Assembly: GCA_963701025.1 (NCBI GenBank)
Contig: OY969557.1
Coordinates: 368,622-432,621 of the forward strand
Direction of reading: 5' to 3'
DNA length: 64,000 nucleotides
Source: an uncultured bacterium
GTDB taxonomy: Bacteria > Patescibacteriota > Minisyncoccia > Phycocordibacterales > PALSA-1337
Shown here: positions 20,491 through 29,720 of the stretch, one piece after another
Layout: each line of letters begins with the position of its first letter
Numbering within the stretch: the first letter of the stretch is position 1
Position numbers and translations under genes: made by a program
The notes under the pieces: generated by a model
The model's database searches: none
Told to the model about the DNA's origin: nothing
What the model saw: the letters and a program-made list of their open reading frames with translations, nothing else

Positions 20491-21255
20491 TTTCTGATTC
20501 TCCTGCTGTACATCCCGTGCCGCTTTCCTGTAGGCGCAATAATCGCAGGCGGCAGCGGGCTTCGGCAAAATCTCGTTCATAAGGCACTTTTTGATGTCGG
20601 CGAGGGCTTTTTCCACCCACCCGTCATCGCCGGTATACGGGATTATATCGATGTCGAATTCAAGCTTGGCGTCGAATGCCGCACGATCTGTCTTGCCATT
20701 ACAATAGACGAAATAACCGGTCGACGAGACCTTGAAACCGTTCCGTCGGAATAGCCATTGATAGACTTCCATCTGGCGCTTGTAGCCGATCTGCCACTCC
20801 TTGTCGAGGGTGACTTTCTCTTCCTTGCTGGTAGATTTATAATCGACAATGATCAATTCCCCCTTCGCATTGATCCAGACATCGTCGATGGCGCCGGTCA
20901 CGAGCAGATTGGTCGGCTCATGGAGGAAACGGATGCCTTTGAAATTGCTTCGCCAGGTATCGAGATCTTCATGGCTGTACGGCACCACGTCGCGGACGCC
21001 ATAGGCGTGCATCAGAGGGTGCGGGCGGCCTTTAGCGCGATGGACGTCGAATTCTTTCTTGAGCAAGGTGTCCACCGCAGAGTTCAAGGCGAACGGAAAG
21101 CCCGGTGGCCTGCCCACGCCGAGACGGCAGTCCAGATAGAAGCAGAGCGGGCAGTTCATGAAGAGGTCTATCTTCGAACGGCTGATCCTGAACGGCTCCG
21201 CGCTTCCCGGATTGAAGAGATTGCGGCTGCGGCGAGAATTGTAATAGTCGGACAT
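20473..21255 (-). CDS. PD-(D/E)XK nuclease (RecB/Cas4-like, solo)
   Basis: ISRSKI, GAIDD, IVDYKS, QMEVY, CPLC...CDYC. Confidence 0.85.
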   Translation of the reverse strand: MSDYYNSRRSRNLFNPGSAEPFRISRSKIDLFMNCPLCFYLDCRLGVGRPPGFPFALNSAVDTLLKKEFDVHRAKGRPHPLMHAYGVRDVVPYSHEDLDTWRSNFKGIRFLHEPTNLLVTGAIDDVWINAKGELIIVDYKSTSKEEKVTLDKEWQIGYKRQMEVYQWLFRRNGFKVSSTGYFVYCNGKTDRAAFDAKLEFDIDIIPYTGDDGWVEKALADIKKCLMNEILPKPAAACDYCAYRKAARDVQQENQKSKSKK

Positions 21256-21264
21256 GATTGAATG

Positions 21265-21516
21265 CTACCATGCGCGTTCGGCTCTGAGCAATTTTGTCTT
21301 CTTCTCCATTCCTCTATTCCACCCACCCGTCTTTCCATCAGACCGTATCACCCGATGGCACGGTATCTTCGGATCATAATTGGTATTCAAAATGTTTCCC
21401 ACGGCGCGATACGCCCGCGGCCTACCGGCTTTGATAGCGACTTCTTTATATGTCATCGTCTTCCCTTTCGGGATGAGACGAACGACGGCAAAGATTTTTG
21501 CTTTGAATGTTATCAA
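21265..21516 (-). CDS. MGMT-family DNA-binding/alkyltransferase domain protein
   Basis: IPKGK..TY, RAVG, PCHRV. Confidence 0.85.
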   Translation of the reverse strand: MITFKAKIFAVVRLIPKGKTMTYKEVAIKAGRPRAYRAVGNILNTNYDPKIPCHRVIRSDGKTGGWNRGMEKKTKLLRAERAW

Positions 21517-21519
21517 GGA

Positions 21520-22233
21520 CTACTGCGTCGTCGTGGCGACAGTCACTTTGGTCATGACCACGTCTGTCGTCGGCTTGTCGGAGGCATTGACGGGCGTGGC
21601 GGCGATGGCGTCAACGACATCCATGCCGGAAATGACCTTGCCGAATATCGTGTAGCTGTGCGGCAGAGGAGTATCTTTCTGGACGATAAAAAATTGCGAG
21701 CCGTTGGTGTTCGGACCGGCATTGGCCATGGCGACGGTGCCGCGTACGTAGCCGGCCTGATAGGACGGAGTATTCTGGTTGAGCTCGTCGGCGAACTGAT
21801 AGCCCGGACCGCCCGAGCCGGTGCCGGTGGGATCGCCGCCTTGGATCATGAAGCCCTCGATGACGCGATGGAATATGAGGCCGTTGTAGAAGCCTTTGTC
21901 GGCGAGCGAGATGAAATTGGCCACGGTATTTGGCGCGTCGGCGTCATAGGTCTCGAAGACGATAGCGCCCTTGGCAGTCTCTATGGTGATGGTATGCATG
22001 AAATTTTTGACGGATGTATTAGCGCTAGTAACTGAAGCGGTGGGTGCGGGAGCAGACGGAGAAGCGGAGACAGGTTCAGTCGCCGAAGCGACAGCCAGCG
22101 TCGATGAGGCCATGGCGGCCATGATCTCTTCCGGGCTCTGGGGATATTTAGAGCGATGATCAAGCGAGAACCAGGCGATGGCAATCACGATAATGGCGAG
22201 GATGACGGATATCCAGATGTTTTTTGTTGGCAT
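21520..22233 (-). CDS. Membrane-anchored cyclophilin-type peptidyl-prolyl isomerase
   Basis: FHRVIEGFMIQGGD, MANAGPNTNGSQFFI. Confidence 0.95.
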   Translation of the reverse strand: MPTKNIWISVILAIIVIAIAWFSLDHRSKYPQSPEEIMAAMASSTLAVASATEPVSASPSAPAPTASVTSANTSVKNFMHTITIETAKGAIVFETYDADAPNTVANFISLADKGFYNGLIFHRVIEGFMIQGGDPTGTGSGGPGYQFADELNQNTPSYQAGYVRGTVAMANAGPNTNGSQFFIVQKDTPLPHSYTIFGKVISGMDVVDAIAATPVNASDKPTTDVVMTKVTVATTTQ

Positions 22234-22236
22234 AGT

Positions 22237-23259
22237 TTAGAGATTATACAGTTCCTTGGCCTTTGCCACAACTATGGCCTTGGCTTCGGGGAGAGAGACG
22301 CCCATCACGCGCGCGCCCGCGGCGGCGCGATGCCCGCCTCCGCCTAAGGCGACCGCGAGCTTTGAGACGTCGAACGCCTCCGGATCGCGGCTGCGCATGC
22401 TTATCTTGATGTGACCGGGTTCGCGCTCGATCAATATCATTCCGATATTCCAGCCGATGACAGACTTGAGCATATTGGGAATGTCACTGTGAGTAAATTC
22501 CAAAGATATGCCTTTTTCGGCAAGCTGTTTACTGGAAACCGATGCCATGGCTATATTCTCGCCCAGAAACGTCTCGATCGAGCCAAGGGCGAGTGCCTGG
22601 AAATAAATAGATTCTTTATGATTTGCGTTCTCCATCTTGAAAATGGCCTCTGTAAAATCCGGCGCGATCCTCGTCAAAACAGCTACAGCTTCAAAGAGGC
22701 GATGATCGACGGGGACGTATTTGAATCCGCCGCTGTCGGTATATATGCCGATGAATAGATTGATGGCTATATCATGGGTCAGACTGATATTCCACAGAAC
22801 GAAAAGCTGATAGAGGATAAAAGCCGTGGCTGAACAGTTTTCGACGAGATTTATATCCCCATACATCTGATTGGACGCGTGATGGTCTATGACGATGGTC
22901 CGTATGGGCATCGGAAATACTGGAGGGGACTTATGAGAGACCATTTCGGGAGAGCCGCTATCGAGGATGATGAACAGGTCGAATGCGCTTATATCGATCT
23001 CCATCATATTCTTCGGCACGATCATATCCGTGCCGGGAAAATGCATGAAATCTTCAGGGATCTTATCCGAATCTCCTTTGATAACGGTCGCTTTCTTCCC
23101 CATTTGTTCCAAAGTGAACTTCATAGCTAATGCCGAACCGACGCTGTCCGGATCCGGCGACGGATGACAATGCAGAAGGATAGACTTCGCCTTCTTTATT
23201 TCAGCCAGAATAAGCGGTGCCTTTTCTTTTATGAGAGGCGATATGTCGGAGATCTCCAT
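22237..23259 (-). CDS. DHH/DHHA1 phosphoesterase (NrnA-like)
   Basis: HPSPDPD, IDHH, TDSG, GGGGH. Confidence 0.9.
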   Translation of the reverse strand: MEISDISPLIKEKAPLILAEIKKAKSILLHCHPSPDPDSVGSALAMKFTLEQMGKKATVIKGDSDKIPEDFMHFPGTDMIVPKNMMEIDISAFDLFIILDSGSPEMVSHKSPPVFPMPIRTIVIDHHASNQMYGDINLVENCSATAFILYQLFVLWNISLTHDIAINLFIGIYTDSGGFKYVPVDHRLFEAVAVLTRIAPDFTEAIFKMENANHKESIYFQALALGSIETFLGENIAMASVSSKQLAEKGISLEFTHSDIPNMLKSVIGWNIGMILIEREPGHIKISMRSRDPEAFDVSKLAVALGGGGHRAAAGARVMGVSLPEAKAIVVAKAKELYNL

Positions 23260-23268
23260 GGACCCAGT

Positions 23269-23832
23269 TTACTGGAATACGACGGGAATCTCAACTGAAG
23301 CGTCATTCTGCGGCAAGCCGGACGGATTGTCATTTTTCAAGATGATGAAACCTCGGGTGCCGGGAGTTTGCTTGACGAAGGTTATGTTCGCCGTGAAGGG
23401 CACGAATTTCACCGTCATCCAATCGCTTCCCGCTTGGGCCGTTGCTTGGGAGATGACCCTTCCGTCGGCGGCGGCGAGGATGACAGGGAATGTCGCCTCG
23501 AAGTACCAGCTTCCGAGAGCCTGGCCGGTCACCGTGATCGGCTTCGACGCGGATACGACGGCTCCGGCGAGAGGTGCCGTCACGCGTACGGCATTCGTGG
23601 TGGAAGCCGGGATATATGTTATCTTCGGAGTGGCTTGAGCAGGAACGACCGATACATATGACGGCTGGGCGGTATGGACCCCGCCGGTGTCCGTGGAAGT
23701 AGACATCACCGTCACGGCCGTCTTCGTCGCCGTATCCGACACCGTCGGGGTCGAATGCGACACCAATTTAACTATAAGGAATAGAAGTACGACCAGAACG
23801 ACCAGCGCTATGAGATATTTATATGTTTTCAT
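23269..23832 (-). CDS. Membrane protein with Gmad2-like Ig domain
   Basis: N-terminal TM; WYFEATFP, DWMT..VPF, DNPSGLP. Confidence 0.75.
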   Translation of the reverse strand: MKTYKYLIALVVLVVLLFLIVKLVSHSTPTVSDTATKTAVTVMSTSTDTGGVHTAQPSYVSVVPAQATPKITYIPASTTNAVRVTAPLAGAVVSASKPITVTGQALGSWYFEATFPVILAAADGRVISQATAQAGSDWMTVKFVPFTANITFVKQTPGTRGFIILKNDNPSGLPQNDASVEIPVVFQ

Positions 23833-23883
23833 GGATGCATTATAGCATGGTACCAGCGTGAGGAATATGCTATATTTTCCAGC

Positions 23884-25302
23884 ATGAATCGAACATATAT
23901 CAAGGATCTAAAGGCGCATGTCGGCCAAGAAGTCTCGATTTCCGGTTGGGTGGATATACGCCGCGATCACGGCAAGCTCATATTCATAGACTTGCGCGAC
24001 ATGACGGGCAAAGTGCAATCTGTGGCATTGCCGAATAACAAAGAGGCCCATGAAATGGCTGCCAAAGTCAGGCCTGAATGGGTAGTGCGAGCTACGGGCG
24101 TCGTCAACAAGAGACCTGACAAGATGGTATCCAAAAACAAAGAGACGGGCGAAGTTGAACCGAACGGTGATATAGAGCTCGAATTAAAAAAACTGGAAGT
24201 TTTGAACGAGGCACTCACTCCCCCGCTCGATGTGCGCGGAGATGGCCATGATATCAACGAAGATGTGCGGCTGAAATACCGCTATCTCGATCTTCGTCGG
24301 CCGCGCATGCAGAAGAATATCCGCGCCCGGGATAAGATCATCTCCTTCTTCAGGGATTACATGCATAAAAATGATTTCGTCGAAATCGAGACGCCTATCC
24401 TCATGAAAGGCACACCTGAAGGCTCGCGCGAGTACGTAGTGCCGTCGCGGTTGGAGAACGGCAAATTCTACGTTCTGCCGCAATCGCCCCAACAATTCAA
24501 ACAGCTTTCGATGGTCGCCGGCTTCGAGAAATATTTCCAGATCGCCCGATGTTTCCGCGACGAGGACACCCGCGGCGACCGTCAGCCAGAGTTCACCCAG
24601 TTAGATTATGAGATGTCATTCATAACCCAGGAGGACGTACTCCGTTACACCGAGGCTATGTTTATAGAACTCGTTAAAAAGTTATATCCTCATAAAAAAA
24701 TAACCAAAACGTCATTTCCGAGATTGACCTACGCGGATTGCGTCAAGGAGCATGGCGACGATAAGCCGGATCTGCGCAAGGACAAGAATGATCCGGATGA
24801 ACTGGCTTTTGCCTGGATCGTCGATTTCCCCATGTTCGAAAAGAACGCTGATGGCAATATACAAGCCACTCATCATCCGTTCTGTTCGGTCAAAGATGAA
24901 GATGCGGATAAATTCATGACCGGTAAAGACATCCTGTCCATACGAGCCAATGCGTATGATCTCGTCCTAAACGGCTATGAATTGAGCTCCGGCTCTATAC
25001 GCATCCACAAAGCCAACATGCAGAAGAAAGTTTTCGAATATCTGAATATATCGCCGGAAGAGCAGGAGACCAAGTTCGGCCATATGCTCGAAGCTTTCAG
25101 ATACGGCACGCCTCCGCACGGCGGCTTCGCCCCGGGCATAGACCGCATCGTCATGATCCTCGAGAACGAACCGAACATCCGCGAAGTCATAGCCTTCGCC
25201 AAGACGGGCGAAGGCAAGGACCTCATGATGGGTGCACCGAGCGAGATCTCCGAAAAGCAATTCAGGGAATTAGGGATCGAATTGCGCAAGAAAAAGAAAT
25301 AG
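23884..25302 (+). CDS. aspS: Aspartate--tRNA ligase (short form without GAD insert)
   Basis: RRDHG, YRYLDLRR, LPQSPQ, CFRDED, PEFTQLD, PPHGG. Confidence 0.95.
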   Translation: MNRTYIKDLKAHVGQEVSISGWVDIRRDHGKLIFIDLRDMTGKVQSVALPNNKEAHEMAAKVRPEWVVRATGVVNKRPDKMVSKNKETGEVEPNGDIELELKKLEVLNEALTPPLDVRGDGHDINEDVRLKYRYLDLRRPRMQKNIRARDKIISFFRDYMHKNDFVEIETPILMKGTPEGSREYVVPSRLENGKFYVLPQSPQQFKQLSMVAGFEKYFQIARCFRDEDTRGDRQPEFTQLDYEMSFITQEDVLRYTEAMFIELVKKLYPHKKITKTSFPRLTYADCVKEHGDDKPDLRKDKNDPDELAFAWIVDFPMFEKNADGNIQATHHPFCSVKDEDADKFMTGKDILSIRANAYDLVLNGYELSSGSIRIHKANMQKKVFEYLNISPEEQETKFGHMLEAFRYGTPPHGGFAPGIDRIVMILENEPNIREVIAFAKTGEGKDLMMGAPSEISEKQFRELGIELRKKKK

Positions 25303-25698
25303 TCAACGGTTCAGCCATGTGATCGTGAACTGGAGGATGGCGGCAAAGCTAGTCCATATAAGATAAGGGATCTGCCAGTAGGCCAACTTCCTTGAATACG
25401 GCCATATCGTTTTCATACCCCAGACCAAGGTGCCGAGGACGAGGAGGACATCTATAGCCGCCAGGTAATTATCCCGCAAGCCGAATTGGATCGGCGTGTA
25501 AGCGAAATTGAAGACCAAATTTAGAACAAATAGCGCGGCGGCTTTTCTCGGGATTATCTTTTTGAATGCCAGATAAAATACTCGGACATATGTTATGGCG
25601 ATGACGAAATAGAGGCAGGTCCAAACCGGACCAAAGACCCATGATGGAGGAGCGAACGCGGGCTTGATAAGTGTAGAGTACCAAGAATATGCGTCCAT
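25303..25698 (-). CDS. TspO/MBR tryptophan-rich sensory protein
   Basis: WY..L.KP..PPSWVFGPVWT, PYL.W. Confidence 0.9.
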   Translation of the reverse strand: MDAYSWYSTLIKPAFAPPSWVFGPVWTCLYFVIAITYVRVFYLAFKKIIPRKAAALFVLNLVFNFAYTPIQFGLRDNYLAAIDVLLVLGTLVWGMKTIWPYSRKLAYWQIPYLIWTSFAAILQFTITWLNR

Positions 25699-25707
25699 GG
25701 CAGTCGA

Positions 25708-26100
25708 TTATTTCTTGCCGTTTTTCTCGTCAGGCTTGAGCTCCAGGCAGACGGAGTTCATGCAATATCGCTTGCCCGTCGCCGTCGGACCGTCGTCGAA
25801 TATGTGGCCGAGGTGGGAACCGCAATTGGCGCAGACGACTTCTGTTCGGATGGATCCATGGCTTGAGTCCTCATTGAATTTGACCGCGCCCGGCAGGGCC
25901 TGGTCGAATGACGGCCAACCGGTACCCGAATCGAATTTCGCATCGGACGGAAAAAGAGGATTGCCGCAGACCTTGCACATATACGTGCCGACGCGCTTTT
26001 CGTGCAGGAGTTTGCCGCTAAAAGGCGCTTCAGTCCCCTTCTCGCGCAGGACCGCGTACTCTTCCGGCGTCAGTTTCTTTTTGATCTCTTCTTCATTCAT
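25708..26100 (-). CDS. msrB: Peptide-methionine (R)-S-oxide reductase
   Basis: GTEAPF, SGTGWPSF, HLGHIF.DGP, RYCMNS. Confidence 0.97.
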   Translation of the reverse strand: MNEEEIKKKLTPEEYAVLREKGTEAPFSGKLLHEKRVGTYMCKVCGNPLFPSDAKFDSGTGWPSFDQALPGAVKFNEDSSHGSIRTEVVCANCGSHLGHIFDDGPTATGKRYCMNSVCLELKPDEKNGKK

Positions 26101-26123
26101 AGGGACATTTTAACACGATATCC

Positions 26124-26201
26124 GATCTTCAGCATTTCTTTATCGAAATTTCATCGTTTCTTGAGGCTTTCTTGAGCGTTTCTTTATTTCGACCTGATAA
26201 T
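26124..26201. promoter_or_regulatory. Second copy of the 11-bp repeat array (six units) followed by CCTGATAAT
   Basis: gatcttcagca/tttctttatcg/aaatttcatcg/tttcttgaggc/tttcttgagcg/tttctttattt; aligns with 18765-18842. Confidence 0.7.
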
Positions 26202-26204
26202 CTT

Positions 26205-26306
26205 GCCGATACGGAGGGTATCGGCCTTCCGCGTAGGCGTGTTCCTGGAGAGGAACTGAACTTTAACCAAGTGCAGTAAGCCGGTGCAACTCCGGTCACG
26301 TCTACA
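26205..26306 (+). ncRNA. Putative structured, tRNA-like non-coding RNA
   Basis: Hairpin gccgatac/gtatcggc, then a 9-bp closing stem gtaggcgtg/cacgtctac enclosing three hairpins including the T-arm-like gccgg-TGCAACT-ccggt. Confidence 0.5.
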
Positions 26307-26317
26307 ACGTAAACGGC

Positions 26318-26347
26318 TTGACAAGTATATCTAGGCACGAATACAAT
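26318..26347 (+). promoter_or_regulatory. Sigma70-type promoter with no downstream ORF
   Basis: TTGACA-N18-TACAAT. Confidence 0.55.
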
Positions 26348-26352
26348 TAATG

Positions 26353-26470
26353 AGTCGAATAAACCCGACTGGTAGACGTGTGAGGAGTTGTACTCTTCAG
26401 GCTGGCCATTGAATCCAGACATGGATTCATTCACTGGCAACACAAGGCCTCTTCGGGGGCTTTTGTGTTT
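26353..26470 (+). ncRNA. Putative ~115-nt small RNA
   Basis: Lies between the promoter and a cUUCGg terminator; hairpins tgaggag/ctcttca and tgaatcca/tggattca. Confidence 0.45.
26439..26470 (+). terminator. Intrinsic terminator
   Basis: aaggcctc-TTCG-ggggctttt followed by gtgttt. Confidence 0.75.
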
Positions 26471-26489
26471 ATACCGGATCAATTTGAGC

Positions 26490-27035
26490 CTACTGCGCCA
26501 GCAACCTGGCGAACTTCTTCTGCAATTTTTCCAGTTTTGGCGCGATGACAAGCTGACAATATGGCTTATCTGAATTGTGCTTGTAATATTCGTGATGATA
26601 ATCCTCGGCCTCATAGAATCTTTCGAGCGGACAGACTTCGGTCACCACCGGCTTGTCGTAGGCCTTTGAATCATTCAATTCTTTGACAAGCGCCTCCGCC
26701 GTGGCCTTTTGTCCGGCGTTCGAATAGAAAATAGCCGAGCGATATTGCGTACCAACGTCATTGCCCTGCCTGTTCAAGGTGGTCGGATCGTGAGTGTTGA
26801 AAAAGACTGCCAACAAATCGTCGTATGAGATGATTGCGGGATCGTATTCTATCTTGATAGCTTCGGCATGTCCGGTATTCCCTTCCGACACTTGTTCGTA
26901 TGTCGGATCCGCAAGGACACCACCTGCATAGCCGGGCACGACCGACTTCACGCCTTTCAGCATGGAGAAAACCGCCTCTGTGCACCAGAAGCATCCGTTG
27001 GCAAAGACCGCCGTCTCGAGAGCGGTATCCGCCAT
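26490..27035 (-). CDS. msrA: Peptide-methionine (S)-S-oxide reductase
   Basis: GCFWC, GHAE, QGND.G.QYRS, AEDYH. Confidence 0.97.
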   Translation of the reverse strand: MADTALETAVFANGCFWCTEAVFSMLKGVKSVVPGYAGGVLADPTYEQVSEGNTGHAEAIKIEYDPAIISYDDLLAVFFNTHDPTTLNRQGNDVGTQYRSAIFYSNAGQKATAEALVKELNDSKAYDKPVVTEVCPLERFYEAEDYHHEYYKHNSDKPYCQLVIAPKLEKLQKKFARLLAQ

Positions 27036-27036
27036 A

Positions 27037-27150
27037 TTATTTATGCGCTTTCGCGCCGTGAAGCTTGACGCGCTTTGCCTGCAGGCGCTTTGCCGTCTTC
27101 CTCGATCGCGTGGCGCGCCTTTTTCCTACTCCTGTCGCTCGTTTTGCCAT
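27037..27150 (-). CDS. 37-aa highly basic small protein
   Basis: MAKRATGVGKRRATRSRKTAKRLQAKRVKLHGAKAHK; TGcTATACT 6 nt before ATG; stop abuts the msrA start. Confidence 0.6.
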   Translation of the reverse strand: MAKRATGVGKRRATRSRKTAKRLQAKRVKLHGAKAHK

Positions 27151-27169
27151 GGGGAGAGTATAGCAGGAC

Positions 27170-29044
27170 TTACCCAAACGTGAAAGTATACGCCTCAACC
27201 CCCGGCCTCGAGAATATGATGTCCACCCTATGTTGCCCGGCCATATTATTTGGATCGGCATAGAAATTGTATAGGCGAGAAGAGTCGACATGGATGATGC
27301 CGCCTTTGTCGTCGACGCCGACCCGACTCGGCAGGATCGGCTTGCCGTCGATGAGAACGGTCGCGTCAGCAGGCTTGCCATCGGCCGTGGACAATATGAT
27401 ATAAGCTTTGGAAGCAGTGAATATGTACGACAAGGTCGATGAAGCAGATTCCGTCTCCGCGTACTCCTGGTCTATGTGCCACTTTCCTCCTAGATAGAAT
27501 TGATTGGGTGTCAATGAAGCCGGAGTAGTATAAGAATTATCTCCTTGAATGAGGGGGGTGCCGTTGCCGAAATACTCATTTCTCATGGCGCCGAAATATG
27601 TCTCCGGGCTTTGGGCTTGGATAGAATAATCTGACGCCGTGCTAGTACCAGTCGAGACCGAGCCGCTTTGGCCCAGATAAGCCATGCGATCATTCAAAAG
27701 CTTGACGATCTCCGACTCGAGGACAGGCTCATTGCCCTCGCCGATATAGTCGTAGACCACGTTGCCGTGTATGTCTATGAAATATTTGTGCGGCCAATAT
27801 TCATTGCCGTAGGCGTTCCAGGTGGCGTAATCATTGTCGAGAACAATCGGTAATTTCAGACCGTATTGCGCGGCGGCGGCTGTGACATTGTTGATATCTT
27901 TCTCGAAGGCGAATTCCGGCGTATGGATAGCCACGATTTCCAAACCTTGACTAGCATACTTGGACCACCACATATTCAAAGCCGGAAAAGTGCGCTCGCA
28001 ATTGATGCAGGAATAGTCGATGAAGTCGACGAGGATGACTTTTTTGCCGATGAAGTCGACGAGCTTGAACGGGGTATTACCGCCGTAGGGACTATTGACG
28101 AAACCTGCAGGATCTTTGATCTCGACGTATCTGCCTTCATTGGACTCTACCGGAGGTGGGGGTAGGTTCGCGGATATGGCGTTTTTCAAATCTTGCCGTA
28201 GCAAGATTCCGGAATGGGTCATCGCAGAGGAAGAGTCCACTGCGCCGCCGGTCGAAGCGGTCGAAGTCGCGCCAGAGAATGCCGATAATGAAGCTTCCGG
28301 CAGTGACGATGGCCCTTGCAATGATTGATGTATTGATTGCTCGATCGTCGTGACATCGAAGAATCCGCTGTTCAGGATGGCGGCCTCGACTTTCTTGTCC
28401 CAGCCGAAGACTATGGCCACGGCCACTATTATAAATAGGACGCCGAGGGCCTTGCGGAACCATCCGTACGGATCGGAGGCCCATTCAAGGCGGCCGACGA
28501 GCTTTTGGCCTATATAGGCGATGAGTAACAAAGCCAAGGACAAGCCGATAACGTAAGCCAAAAGATCGATGACGCCCATGCTCAAAGATTGCGGCAAGAC
28601 CGTGGCCAATATGACGAAGAAGGTCGGCGAACAGGTGGTGAAGACCGGGCCGAGTGCAGCGCCGACGAGAACATCTCCCCACCACGAGGCGCGATTCCGA
28701 TAACCCTTTGCCATCCACGATTCCGGTTTGTCGTGACCGGGCAATTTGAGCACGATCTTGGCCCAGGTTGTCGGGAACAAAAGGGTCAGGCCGAAGGCTA
28801 TCAGGATGATCGCCGATATATATGCCCAGAATGTCGGTGATGCTCCGATAAGAGCGGTCGAACCTTTCAGCAACAGAGTGAAGACGAAAACTGAAATCGC
28901 CAGGGCGCCGATGATAGTGAATGGCCTGCGCTTATTCCCCGCTTCCGCCATCGCTCCGCCCAAGGTCACCGGCAGAAGCGGCAGAACGCATGGCGCCAAT
29001 ACCGTGAGAGCTCCGGCGATGAATGAGACTAAAAGCAGTATCAT
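27170..29044 (-). CDS. DipZ-like CcdA-thioredoxin fusion
   Basis: LAPCVLPLLP CcdA motif, YSCINC thioredoxin motif, HTPEFAFE, SPETYFG C-terminal domain. Confidence 0.88.
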   Translation of the reverse strand: MILLLVSFIAGALTVLAPCVLPLLPVTLGGAMAEAGNKRRPFTIIGALAISVFVFTLLLKGSTALIGASPTFWAYISAIILIAFGLTLLFPTTWAKIVLKLPGHDKPESWMAKGYRNRASWWGDVLVGAALGPVFTTCSPTFFVILATVLPQSLSMGVIDLLAYVIGLSLALLLIAYIGQKLVGRLEWASDPYGWFRKALGVLFIIVAVAIVFGWDKKVEAAILNSGFFDVTTIEQSIHQSLQGPSSLPEASLSAFSGATSTASTGGAVDSSSAMTHSGILLRQDLKNAISANLPPPPVESNEGRYVEIKDPAGFVNSPYGGNTPFKLVDFIGKKVILVDFIDYSCINCERTFPALNMWWSKYASQGLEIVAIHTPEFAFEKDINNVTAAAAQYGLKLPIVLDNDYATWNAYGNEYWPHKYFIDIHGNVVYDYIGEGNEPVLESEIVKLLNDRMAYLGQSGSVSTGTSTASDYSIQAQSPETYFGAMRNEYFGNGTPLIQGDNSYTTPASLTPNQFYLGGKWHIDQEYAETESASSTLSYIFTASKAYIILSTADGKPADATVLIDGKPILPSRVGVDDKGGIIHVDSSRLYNFYADPNNMAGQHRVDIIFSRPGVEAYTFTFG

Positions 29045-29084
29045 GCCTTTTATTATACCTAATGGAGTGTAGTATGATAAGTCC

Positions 29085-29687
29085 ATGCCACAATCGGAAA
29101 TATCGGGAACGGACGAGGAGCTCGTCGAGAAATGCAAGGCCGGTGATGACGCTGCTTATCGCGAGCTCATGTCCCGGCATTTGAAGCATATCTTCAATTT
29201 CGCCCGGCAATACGCCCGGAACGATGAGGATGCCGAGGACATCGCCCAGGATGCTTTCTTCAAGGCATGGAAATATATCAAACGCTTCAAGAAAGGTGCC
29301 AAATTCCTGCCATGGCTCTTCGCCATCGCCCGCAATACCGCCCTCGACCATGTCAAGAAGAAAAAGGCCGTGGTTTTTTCCGATCTGGACGATACGGAGA
29401 ACGACATGGTCTTCGCCGACAGCCTTGCCGATGAGGAGCCTCTGCCGGCGGAGGTATTCGCCCGCGCGGAGCTTGGCGACTTGCTCATGTCGTCTATGGC
29501 AGGCCTTCATCCGGACCATCGGGCCGTTCTCGTCATGCATTATCACGACGATATGACATTCGATGAGATAGCCATCGTCATGAGGAGACCGATGAATACC
29601 GTAAAAAGCTGGCATCGACGCTCATTGGCCAAGATAAGGGCTTCATTTCCGTCCGGAAAGGTCAGAGACACAGCCGCACCCGATTGA
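29085..29687 (+). CDS. ECF sigma-70 factor
   Basis: AEDIAQDAF, WLFAIARN, NTVKSW. Confidence 0.92.
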   Translation: MPQSEISGTDEELVEKCKAGDDAAYRELMSRHLKHIFNFARQYARNDEDAEDIAQDAFFKAWKYIKRFKKGAKFLPWLFAIARNTALDHVKKKKAVVFSDLDDTENDMVFADSLADEEPLPAEVFARAELGDLLMSSMAGLHPDHRAVLVMHYHDDMTFDEIAIVMRRPMNTVKSWHRRSLAKIRASFPSGKVRDTAAPD

Positions 29688-29720
29688 GCCGATTATTCGT
29701 ACTTAGCCTATTAAAAAACC

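Noticed and set aside
20473-21255. Cas4 of a CRISPR system
   Set aside because: Solo PD-(D/E)XK nuclease among housekeeping genes, with no cas1/cas2 or array.
26233-26470. Permuted two-piece tmRNA, canonical tRNA or UUA suppressor tRNA
   Set aside because: No tag reading frame or CCA; the downstream 9-mer gives A3-U70; the CT-TTA-AC loop has no pairing stem.
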